From assembly GCA_017463365.1 (NCBI GenBank), contig JAFTPH010000031.1:9072-73071 (forward strand): a stretch of DNA of 64,000 nucleotides, written 5' to 3'. The notes under the pieces are model-generated. The model saw only the letters and a list, made by a program, of their open reading frames with translations, did not search any database and had not been told where the DNA came from. The position numbers and the translations under genes are program-made. The DNA comes from Bacilli bacterium (GTDB taxonomy: Bacteria; Bacillota_I; Bacilli_A; ML615J-28; CAG-313). Within the stretch, counting starts at the first letter, position 1. Every line of letters starts with the position of its first letter. Below are positions 20,580 to 27,961 of this stretch, one piece after another.

Positions 20580-21902
20580 ATGTTATTAAATGTAAGTACA
20601 GAACCAGAGCCGTCGAACATATTAGTTCAACTGGTAATAATTTTAATTTTAACGGCAATTAACGCAATTTTAGCATCAGCAGAACTAGCAATATTATCTG
20701 CTGATAAGAATAAATTAAATTTAAGGGCAAGCGAAGGAAACAAAAAAGCAAAACTTGTATTAAAACTACAAGAAGATGAAACCAAACTATTATCGACAAT
20801 TCAAGTTGGAATAACTTTGGCAGGATTCTTTTCGAGTGCAACAGCCGCAGTTTCTTTATCAGAAGGAATGGCTAAAACACTAAATTCGCTAGGGGTACCA
20901 TTTGCTGATGATATAGCACTTGTTGTTATAACTTTAATTTTATCTTATTTTACACTAGTTTTAGGTGAATTATTCCCAAAAAGAATAGCGTTAAGAAGTC
21001 CTGAAAAAATAGCTATGGCTCTTGCTGGACCAATTAATTTGATAAAAGTAATATTTAGACCGATTGTATTTATTTTATCTGCTTCATGTAATTTGTTAGC
21101 TAAAATATTTGGTGTTAATTCCAAAGAAGAAGAAATAGTTACAGAAACCGAAGTAATTGCTTTAATAAATGAAGCGGTTGAAGATGGATCTATTAAGGAA
21201 GAAGAACAAGAATTAATAGAAAACATCATGACATTTGGTGATTTAACTGCTAAAGATATTATGAAACCAAGAATTGATGTATTTATGATAGATATCAATT
21301 CAGACATTGAAGAAATAAAAAATACATTAAAAGAAGAACAATATACAAGGGTTCCAGTATATGATGGTAATAAAGATAATATTATTGGAATTATTAATAT
21401 TAAAGATATATTCTTTAAATTAAAAGATAATTTCACAACTCAAGAATTTAAGTCAATTTTAAGAAAACCTTACTTTGTTGTAGAAAACATTGATGCGGAC
21501 GCATTATTCAAAAAACTTAACGAAAAAAGAGAACATTCTGCTTTAGTAATTGATGAATATGGATCAGTATCAGGATATATTACAATGGAAGACTTAATTG
21601 AAGAAATTACTGGTAATATATATGATGAATACGATGAAAACATTAAAATGATTAAACAAATTGATGATAATAAATATATTGTTGACGCATCAATTTCTAT
21701 TCAAGAGTTAAATAAAGAACTTGACCTTGATATTCCTAAAGATGTAGACTATAACTCTTTATCAGGATTTATTCAAAAAAATCTTGAACATATGTCAAAA
21801 GAAAACGATGAATTTTATTATGAAGAAGAAAATGTAAAATTCAAAATATTAAAAGTAGTTAAAAACAGAATTATATCTGTTAAAGTAACTAAAGAAAATT
21901 AA
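20580..21902 (+). CDS. CNNM/hemolysin-family membrane protein (DUF21 + CBS pair + CorC_HlyC)
   Basis: N-terminal four-TM DUF21 region, a CBS pair region (IMKPRIDVFMI...) and a CorC-type C-terminus. Confidence 0.9.
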   Translation: MLLNVSTEPEPSNILVQLVIILILTAINAILASAELAILSADKNKLNLRASEGNKKAKLVLKLQEDETKLLSTIQVGITLAGFFSSATAAVSLSEGMAKTLNSLGVPFADDIALVVITLILSYFTLVLGELFPKRIALRSPEKIAMALAGPINLIKVIFRPIVFILSASCNLLAKIFGVNSKEEEIVTETEVIALINEAVEDGSIKEEEQELIENIMTFGDLTAKDIMKPRIDVFMIDINSDIEEIKNTLKEEQYTRVPVYDGNKDNIIGIINIKDIFFKLKDNFTTQEFKSILRKPYFVVENIDADALFKKLNEKREHSALVIDEYGSVSGYITMEDLIEEITGNIYDEYDENIKMIKQIDDNKYIVDASISIQELNKELDLDIPKDVDYNSLSGFIQKNLEHMSKENDEFYYEEENVKFKILKVVKNRIISVKVTKEN

Positions 21903-21926
21903 AACCGACTTTTGTCGGTTTTTTTG
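21903..21926 (+). terminator. Rho-independent terminator
   Basis: Stem AACCGAC / GTCGGTT followed by a T-run. Confidence 0.8.
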
Positions 21927-21993
21927 TATATACAAATGTATTAACAAAACAAATAAAAGAAAGTATAATATATATATGAATAGAGGTGAGGAT

Positions 21994-22119
21994 ATGAATA
22001 GTCTAAATAAAAAAGATTCTAATATTATCATAAGAATTGATAAAGAAAAAAAGAATTTTTTCAAAAAATTGTTGAAAATAAAGGACATACCACATCAAAT
22101 GTTTTATCAGTATTTATAG
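21994..22119 (+). pseudogene. DinJ/RelB-like RHH N-terminal segment, out of frame with the downstream MNT domain
   Basis: MNSLNKKDSNIIIRIDKEKK in one frame continues as EFFQKIVENKGHTTSNVLSVFIEEVCKNREIP in the frame of ORF 22125-22493. The switch lies in an A7 run at 22046-22052. Confidence 0.55.
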
Positions 22120-22124
22120 AAGAA

Positions 22125-22493
22125 GTGTGTAAAAATAGAGAAATACCAGACGATATTTTAAAAAAATTATCTCAAGAAAAGAAAAAAATAATTAATATTC
22201 CTTATATAAAAAGGGTTGTTGGAGAGACTATTGAATCTATGGAAAAAGATGTAATAGAGAAAATTTATCTTTTTGGTAGTTATGCAAGAGGAGAAGAAAC
22301 AAGTAATAGTGACATAGATTTAAGAATAGAGGGAAAAGATGGGATGAGCTTATTTGATGTTGGATACATTATTTATGAAGTAGAAGAAAAAACATGTAAA
22401 AAAGTAGATGTAATATCAGGGGACAAAATAGATGAAGTGGTATTAAACGAAATAGGAAGGGACGAAATTTGTATATATGAACAAAAAAGATGA
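22125..22493 (+). CDS. MNT-type nucleotidyltransferase antitoxin
   Basis: LFGSYARGEETSNSDIDL minimal nucleotidyltransferase motif. Overlaps the downstream HepT gene. Confidence 0.75.
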   Translation: MCKNREIPDDILKKLSQEKKKIINIPYIKRVVGETIESMEKDVIEKIYLFGSYARGEETSNSDIDLRIEGKDGMSLFDVGYIIYEVEEKTCKKVDVISGDKIDEVVLNEIGRDEICIYEQKR

Positions 22494-22803
22494 ACAAATA
22501 ATTTATCATATAAATAATCATTATCAAGAATTCAAATTGATAAAAAACTATGAAGATTTTGTTTCAAATAATATTATTAAAAAAGCAATAATATTAGATT
22601 TGATTCAAATTGGATATAATGTAAATAAACTTAGTTTTGAATTTCAAAAGCAAATAAATAAGATAAACTTAAGGGGAGTTGTTGGTATTAGAAACCATTT
22701 GGTTCATGGATATGGAACAATCGATGATAAGATTGTTTGGACCGCAATAAAAGAAAATTTGCCAGATTTCATTTTTGAAATAAACAATATTAATTTAAAA
22801 TAA
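22477..22803 (+). CDS. HepT-like HEPN (DUF86) toxin
   Basis: Rx4HxY motif (IRNHLVHGYG), small size, overlap with the MNT gene. Confidence 0.85.
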   Translation: MNKKDEQIIYHINNHYQEFKLIKNYEDFVSNNIIKKAIILDLIQIGYNVNKLSFEFQKQINKINLRGVVGIRNHLVHGYGTIDDKIVWTAIKENLPDFIFEINNINLK

Positions 22804-22914
22804 ACTTAACAAACTTGTTAAGTTTATTTCTTTTTCTATGTTGTTGTTTTTAAAATATATATGTTTTATAATATTGGTAGAAGCTTCTAAAAATAATACC
22901 TAAGGAGAAGATAT

Positions 22915-23037
22915 ATGAATTTAAGCAAAAATATTAAAGAATTAAGAATTAAAAATAAGTATACCCAAGAAGAACTTGCAGAAAAATTAAATGTAAGTGT
23001 TCAAACTATATCTCGTTGGGAAACGGGAATTTCTTAG
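22915..23037 (+). pseudogene. N-terminal fragment (40 codons) of an XRE-family regulator, truncated by the element insertion
   Basis: MNLSKNIKELRIKNKYTQEELAEKLNVSVQTISRWETGIS then TAG. It stops exactly where paralogs continue with [YF]PDI. Confidence 0.85.
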
Positions 23038-23234
23038 CGATAAGGAATTGATATAAATAGTCTTTTAGGTGAATTTTTTTGAATTTTAATAAGAGGAAAC
23101 TATAAATTTCTTCTTATTTTTTATTTTAAAAATAATTTATAATAGTGGAATTAAAAGTACAAATTTTTAATTATTTGTTATTTGGATTGAAATATGATAT
23201 AATTCTTGTGTGAGAATGTTTTAGGGAGTTTTTT

Positions 23235-24380
23235 ATGAAGCAATTTGATTTATCTATTTACAAATTAAGCCAACCTTATTTTGATATGTTTGATGTTTTT
23301 TTAAAGGAAAAAGGAATAAGAAAAGAAATTTTTTTATTAGATAATGATATTACACCTAGTACTTACAGACAATGTAGAAAAGGTGAATATAATATTGGTC
23401 CAAAGATAATAAATAAAATGGCTAATAAATTTTCTTTAAAAGTTCCAAATGATGAATTAGTAAATGAAATAGAAATGCTTGTTAACAATATATACTTTGA
23501 TATGTATTATAAAAATTATAAATTATACGATTATTATCAAAATAAAGTAAATGAATTATTAGAAGAAAACTTGATTATTTTTCCTGTTTTAGAACTAGCA
23601 AAACTATATTTAAAATTGAGTTGTAATAAGAGTATTTCTAAAGTAGTTGAAGATAACGAAGAATTATTTGAAAGAATTAAAAAATATCAAGATTTTTTGA
23701 AAAAGGGTTTATTTGAACTATTTGAATTAGTATATTTAAGTTTTGAAAAAAATATTTCTGAAGATTGTTGGATTAAAAATTATAATAATGCTTCCGCATA
23801 TTTTATATTAACTTCAAGAAGTTATATGAATAAAAGATATATTGAAACTTTGTTTTTTGCATCGAAGTGTAAAGAGATATTGTTTATTGATGGAAATATA
23901 AATAGAACAATATATTTGAATAATACGATTATGAGTGCCTTAATACATGTGGGAAATTATGAAGAGTGTTATAATTTATCATTTCGTCAATTAAAAGCAT
24001 TGGAGTCTTTAGATTGTCAAAATCAATTTTTAATTGATGCTTCAAATAAATTTCTATTAATATCAGAATTAGGGAAAATGGAGTATAAAGAGATAATTGA
24101 AAAATGTTTAGATGATGATAATTTATTACTTACCGAAACATTATGTCTTTTAATTGCTCTTTATCAACAAGGTGTTATTGATAAAAATTTATCTCAGTAT
24201 AAAAAATATTACAAAAAATTAGAAGATGATAAGTTAGATGAAAAAAAGGCATCTGTTATAATTGCCCTTAATCAATATTTAAATTGTAAAAGAAAATCAT
24301 TATTAAATAAGCTTTTAGACTTTGAAATTATGAAGCATTTTGAAAAAATATTAGAAAAAATTGTGGAGCAACAAAATTGA
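23235..24380 (+). CDS. Putative RNPP/AimR-like regulator (weak N-terminal HTH + all-helical repeat domain)
   Basis: 381 aa. The N-terminal 70 aa look HTH-like and the rest looks like helical repeats. Size and layout resemble AimR/Rgg/PlcR-type receptors. No sequence search was done. Confidence 0.4.
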   Translation: MKQFDLSIYKLSQPYFDMFDVFLKEKGIRKEIFLLDNDITPSTYRQCRKGEYNIGPKIINKMANKFSLKVPNDELVNEIEMLVNNIYFDMYYKNYKLYDYYQNKVNELLEENLIIFPVLELAKLYLKLSCNKSISKVVEDNEELFERIKKYQDFLKKGLFELFELVYLSFEKNISEDCWIKNYNNASAYFILTSRSYMNKRYIETLFFASKCKEILFIDGNINRTIYLNNTIMSALIHVGNYEECYNLSFRQLKALESLDCQNQFLIDASNKFLLISELGKMEYKEIIEKCLDDDNLLLTETLCLLIALYQQGVIDKNLSQYKKYYKKLEDDKLDEKKASVIIALNQYLNCKRKSLLNKLLDFEIMKHFEKILEKIVEQQN

Positions 24381-24404
24381 ACAAAAACATATTAAATCGT
24401 TTCT

Positions 24405-24431
24405 ATATTGAGACGATTTTTTTTTTTTTTT
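24405..24431 (+). terminator. Terminator with T15 tract
   Basis: Stem AATCGTTTC / GAGACGATT followed by 15 consecutive T (24417-24431). Confidence 0.7.
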
Positions 24432-24530
24432 GTCAATTTTAATAATTTTCGTTTTTTTAAATAAACGAAGTGAATTTGACAAAATTTGGAAAATAATATA
24501 AAATATTAGCATACAAGGAGGAAAAACAAA

Positions 24531-24956
24531 ATGAAGAAATTTAAAAGAATATTTTTTGGGGTAGCGTTGTTGGTGGTATTATGCATTTTTACTATAGGAA
24601 CAATATCAGTAAATGCAGCAAGAATGATTAGAGAAGATGATAATGATCTAGGAGTAGTTTTATATTCATTAAATGATAAAGAATACTATGTAGAACTAGA
24701 TGAAGAAAATAATTGTGGATATGTTATCGAGGTTAAAAATGGTGAAGAAAATGTTATAGGAACATGTAGTATTACAGTTATATTCAGTGATGAAACAAAT
24801 GAAGTTATTGAGTATACTGATGTAAACACTGATACACATGGCTCAATAGTTATTGTAATCACTGATAATGTTTCTGGAGAAGGTTATATCCAAAATGTTG
24901 ATGGAATATTAGAAAACATATTTGAAGAAGATGAAAAAATTATTTTTATTGAATAA
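24531..24956 (+). CDS. Secreted acidic protein of unknown function
   Basis: Signal peptide MKKFKRIFFGVALLVVLCIFTIGTISVNA-ARM, D/E-rich mature part, strong SD AAGGAGG. TTGACA-17-TAAAAT promoter at about 24475-24503. Confidence 0.6.
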   Translation: MKKFKRIFFGVALLVVLCIFTIGTISVNAARMIREDDNDLGVVLYSLNDKEYYVELDEENNCGYVIEVKNGEENVIGTCSITVIFSDETNEVIEYTDVNTDTHGSIVIVITDNVSGEGYIQNVDGILENIFEEDEKIIFIE

Positions 24957-25097
24957 TTATGTAGCGGGATAGATGTGGTTGGCATTATTTTTAAAAAATA
25001 TTAAGTAAATTATAAGTATACTAAATAAAGTGTTATGTATGAGAGCATCTTTTACCAAAAAAGGTAAAGGGTGCTTTTTTAAAATAAATTAAAGTTG

Positions 25098-25132
25098 ATG
25101 TTGTATTTTCAAAAATCTTTACGATTTACTAG
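25098..25132 (+). promoter_or_regulatory. Island motif copy P1 (GTTGTA-N13-TTACGATTTACTAG)
   Basis: ATGTTGTATTTTCAAAAATCTTTACGATTTACTAG. One of four near-identical bipartite sites in the element. Confidence 0.45.
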
Positions 25133-25198
25133 TTGTAGAATAAGTTTAAAACATTGTTAGCTTGTAAATTGTATATAAAGATAAATTTTTTAATTGGT

Positions 25199-25241
25199 GG
25201 TTGTAATTTTGACTTATTTTTACGTGATACATAGTGAGGAG
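25199..25241 (+). promoter_or_regulatory. Island motif copy P2, directly upstream of the sigma-factor gene
   Basis: GGTTGTAATTTTGACTTATTTTTACGTGATACATAGTGAGGAG. Confidence 0.45.
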
Positions 25242-25283
25242 TAAGTTAATAAAAGCGCTCCTCGTTATTCGTAGGAGGGAAAA

Positions 25284-26012
25284 ATGAATACACTAATAAA
25301 AAAAGTATTAGAATATCAACAGAAAAATGATGAATTTCTATTTGAAGATATCATTGATGAATTAGATAAGTTAATTAATATTCAATGTTCAAAAATTGTA
25401 AAATACTATAAAGAAGATTTAAAACAAGAATTATTATTTGAAATATTCAAAGAAATACCATATTATAAACCTGAAAAAGAACTAATTAAAGATAATCTAG
25501 AATTTAACGAAATTATTATAATATTAAAAAACATAACTAAAAGTAAATATTATAAATCATTTAAGAAGAAGTACAAATTTGAGGGTGACTTATTTAATTT
25601 AAAAGACATCACAACAATGATTAATGTAATTAATGAATTTTATTTATTTTGCAATGAAAATCAATTTAGAAAGTATATAGATGTTATATGTGAACGTAGA
25701 AGGGTTGATTTTTGTAGAAAGTATAAAGTAAGTGAAAACTCGAAAAATATTAGTTTAAATGTTGTAGCAGATGACGGTGAAGAATTTCTTTATAAATTAA
25801 TTAATAAAACATCTGAAATTAAAAATTATGAAATAGACTATAGCTTATTATCTAATAAAGATGTTAAATTTCTGAAATTATTTTTTGATGGAAATGAAAA
25901 ATTGACTGAAAAAGAAGTTGCTAAAAAATTGGGTGTTACTCAGCAAGCTGTTAGTAGTATGTTAAAAAGAATTAGAGAAAGATACAAAAATAAATTTAAT
26001 AACTTGAATTAG
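25284..26012 (+). CDS. Sigma-70-family RNA polymerase sigma factor (region 2- and region 4-like segments only)
   Basis: The N-terminal segment resembles sigma region 2 (FEDIIDELDKLI...YYKEDLKQELLFEIFKEI). C-terminal region 4 HTH LTEKEVAKKLGVTQQAVSSMLKRIRERYK. Confidence 0.6.
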   Translation: MNTLIKKVLEYQQKNDEFLFEDIIDELDKLINIQCSKIVKYYKEDLKQELLFEIFKEIPYYKPEKELIKDNLEFNEIIIILKNITKSKYYKSFKKKYKFEGDLFNLKDITTMINVINEFYLFCNENQFRKYIDVICERRRVDFCRKYKVSENSKNISLNVVADDGEEFLYKLINKTSEIKNYEIDYSLLSNKDVKFLKLFFDGNEKLTEKEVAKKLGVTQQAVSSMLKRIRERYKNKFNNLN

Positions 26013-26047
26013 AAGTGAAAAAAAATTTTTTCACTTTTTTTATTTTT

Positions 26048-26092
26048 AATGTTGTATTTTTAAAATTTCTTACGATTTACTAGGCGAGGAGG
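26048..26092 (+). promoter_or_regulatory. Island motif copy P3
   Basis: AATGTTGTATTTTTAAAATTTCTTACGATTTACTAGGCGAGGAGG, ending about 10 nt before the ATG at 26102. Confidence 0.45.
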
Positions 26093-26101
26093 TAAAAAAG
26101 G

Positions 26102-26386
26102 ATGGACAAGTTAACAATAGTTGTTTCAGTAATAGGGATTATTGGAACATTATCTAGTATCTTTTTTGCTTACCTTGCATGTAAAAAAAGTAATATGCAA
26201 GAGCAGAAAGTAGATGGCAAGACTGAAGGTGCAATGTTATCGGATATCGGATACATAAAAGCTTGCGTGGATCGGGTCGAAAAGAACTTAAATAAAGTAG
26301 ATGAACGATATAGGAATATTGCAGAAAGACTTGCTAAAGTAGAAGAAGCAGTGGCTAATGTAACTAAAAGAGTAGATGAACTGTAA
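26102..26386 (+). CDS. Small membrane-anchored coiled-coil protein (possible lysis accessory)
   Basis: N-terminal TM helix LTIVVSVIGIIGTLSSIFFAYLA, then a heptad-like coiled coil reminiscent of XhlA-type proteins but with the opposite topology. Confidence 0.45.
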   Translation: MDKLTIVVSVIGIIGTLSSIFFAYLACKKSNMQEQKVDGKTEGAMLSDIGYIKACVDRVEKNLNKVDERYRNIAERLAKVEEAVANVTKRVDEL

Positions 26387-26409
26387 AAAAATAAAAAAAT
26401 TTTAGTTAC

Positions 26410-26455
26410 CCCGTTGTTTTTTTGAATTTTCTTGCATGTTACTATAGTGAGGAGG
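26410..26455 (+). promoter_or_regulatory. Island motif copy P4, upstream of the holin-to-Rhs operon
   Basis: CCGTTGTTTTTTTGAATTTTCTTGCATGTTACTATAGTGAGGAGG. Confidence 0.45.
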
Positions 26456-26541
26456 TAAAAAACATGTTTAATTATTTAGAAAAATTAACACCAATTTAAA
26501 TTAAATGAAATTAAAAAATTTATTAAAGGAGGAGTAAAATT

Positions 26542-26832
26542 ATGGATTTTACAAGTGTACCTATTATAGTTGTATGCTGCTATATCATAGGAGAAATTTA
26601 CAAAGTCTTATTTAAGAATAAGCAAGAATCATACAAACTAATACCAATAGTAATGGCTATCATTGGAGGATTATTAGGGATTATTATTTATTTAACAAAT
26701 CCAGAAATGATTTTAAATGCAGAAAATATTTGGATAGCATTAGGTATTGGTATTGTAAGTGGTGCCAGTTCTACTGGTGCAAACCAAATTATAAAACAAA
26801 TTTTTAAAAAAGGAGAAACAAAAAATGAGTGA
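26542..26832 (+). CDS. Phage-type holin
   Basis: 96 aa with three hydrophobic helices and the charged C-terminus GIVSGASSTGANQIIKQIFKKGE, typical of clostridial-phage holins. Confidence 0.7.
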   Translation: MDFTSVPIIVVCCYIIGEIYKVLFKNKQESYKLIPIVMAIIGGLLGIIIYLTNPEMILNAENIWIALGIGIVSGASSTGANQIIKQIFKKGETKNE

Positions 26833-27940
26833 ATTTGTAGATAGAAAAGGAACAAATTTAAATAAAAAGAAATTAAAAATTGTAGATATTGTTAGAGATG
26901 TATCTACAGGTGAAATTAGTGAACTTTATGTAGAGGAATTTAGAGATGATTCTGTTGGATTAGAAAGTGTTGGAACAGCAATAACAGCAGCAAATTTAAA
27001 TACTATTATTAAAAGTATGATTGAAAGTGAAGTGTATCATCAACTAAACAAAACAGATGAAGAAAAAGTGACAGAAGATGCACAAAAGTTGACTATTGAT
27101 ACATTAGTTGATGATAATTTTGATCTACCTTCTGTTGGGTATAATGGATCAACTATAACTTGGTCAGTAGTATCTGGAACTGCTATTAATATTTCTTTAA
27201 GTAAAGCAATTGTAGTTAGAGGAACAAGTAATTCAGTTGTAACATTAAAAGCAGTGATTAAAAATGGAACAGCAACAGCAACGAAGAACTTCTCTGTAAC
27301 AGTGTTAGCTCGAGAAAAAACTGATACAGAAAGAGTAAATGCTGATGCTGAAGCAATCAGTGTTCCAAGTTCAACAACTAGTTCGTTTACTTTATCAACA
27401 TTAGGTACAAATGGTTCTACAATCACATGGAGCGTTTATTCTGGAACTGGTATTGTAGTAAATAATGGAATGGCATATGTAACTAGAGCATCCACAGATA
27501 GTGATGTGACATTAAAAGCTATTGTTAAATATAATACAACATCAGTAACAAAATATTATAACGTTACAGTTTTAGCAGAGGAAGTTGTAGAAGTAACAAC
27601 AGACTTTTCACCAAAAACATTCAGCACTTCATGGACACAAGAATATGGTAATTTACGTTCAGCTAACTTAACAATTGGATCAAGTGATACAAGTGCATTA
27701 TATATAGATGTAGAAAATGATGATAGTGCAAGTATTAATGTTGTTGTAAATACAAATAGTTCTAGTTTAGTAAGACTAACAGTTTCAGAAACAAGTGGAT
27801 TAAATTCTCTTGTTGGATATACAACACCTGTATTTACTTTTTATGTACATGTATATTTAGATAATGATAGAAGTGTAAAATTGGGTACATTAACAGGTAC
27901 TGTAACATATCATTTTTCATCAGTTACACCAGATGATTAA
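26825..27940 (+). CDS. Tail-fibre-like protein with two Ig-like repeats
   Basis: N-terminus FVDRKGTNLNKKKLKI...VGTAITAANLN resembles Firmicute phage fibre proteins. Two roughly 62-aa repeats (27125-27310 and 27389-27577) with G.NGSTITWSV.SGT...VTLKA.....T..TK...VTVLA. No signal peptide. Confidence 0.45.
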   Translation: MSEFVDRKGTNLNKKKLKIVDIVRDVSTGEISELYVEEFRDDSVGLESVGTAITAANLNTIIKSMIESEVYHQLNKTDEEKVTEDAQKLTIDTLVDDNFDLPSVGYNGSTITWSVVSGTAINISLSKAIVVRGTSNSVVTLKAVIKNGTATATKNFSVTVLAREKTDTERVNADAEAISVPSSTTSSFTLSTLGTNGSTITWSVYSGTGIVVNNGMAYVTRASTDSDVTLKAIVKYNTTSVTKYYNVTVLAEEVVEVTTDFSPKTFSTSWTQEYGNLRSANLTIGSSDTSALYIDVENDDSASINVVVNTNSSSLVRLTVSETSGLNSLVGYTTPVFTFYVHVYLDNDRSVKLGTLTGTVTYHFSSVTPDD

Positions 27941-27961
27941 TAAATAAAGGAGGAAATACAA

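Noticed and set aside
21849-22088. Minus-strand 79-aa ORF between the CNNM gene and the MNT gene
   Set aside because: It overlaps the CNNM terminator and the plus-strand DinJ-like coding segment, and it is hydrophobic low-complexity sequence. The plus-strand RHH reading is much more convincing.
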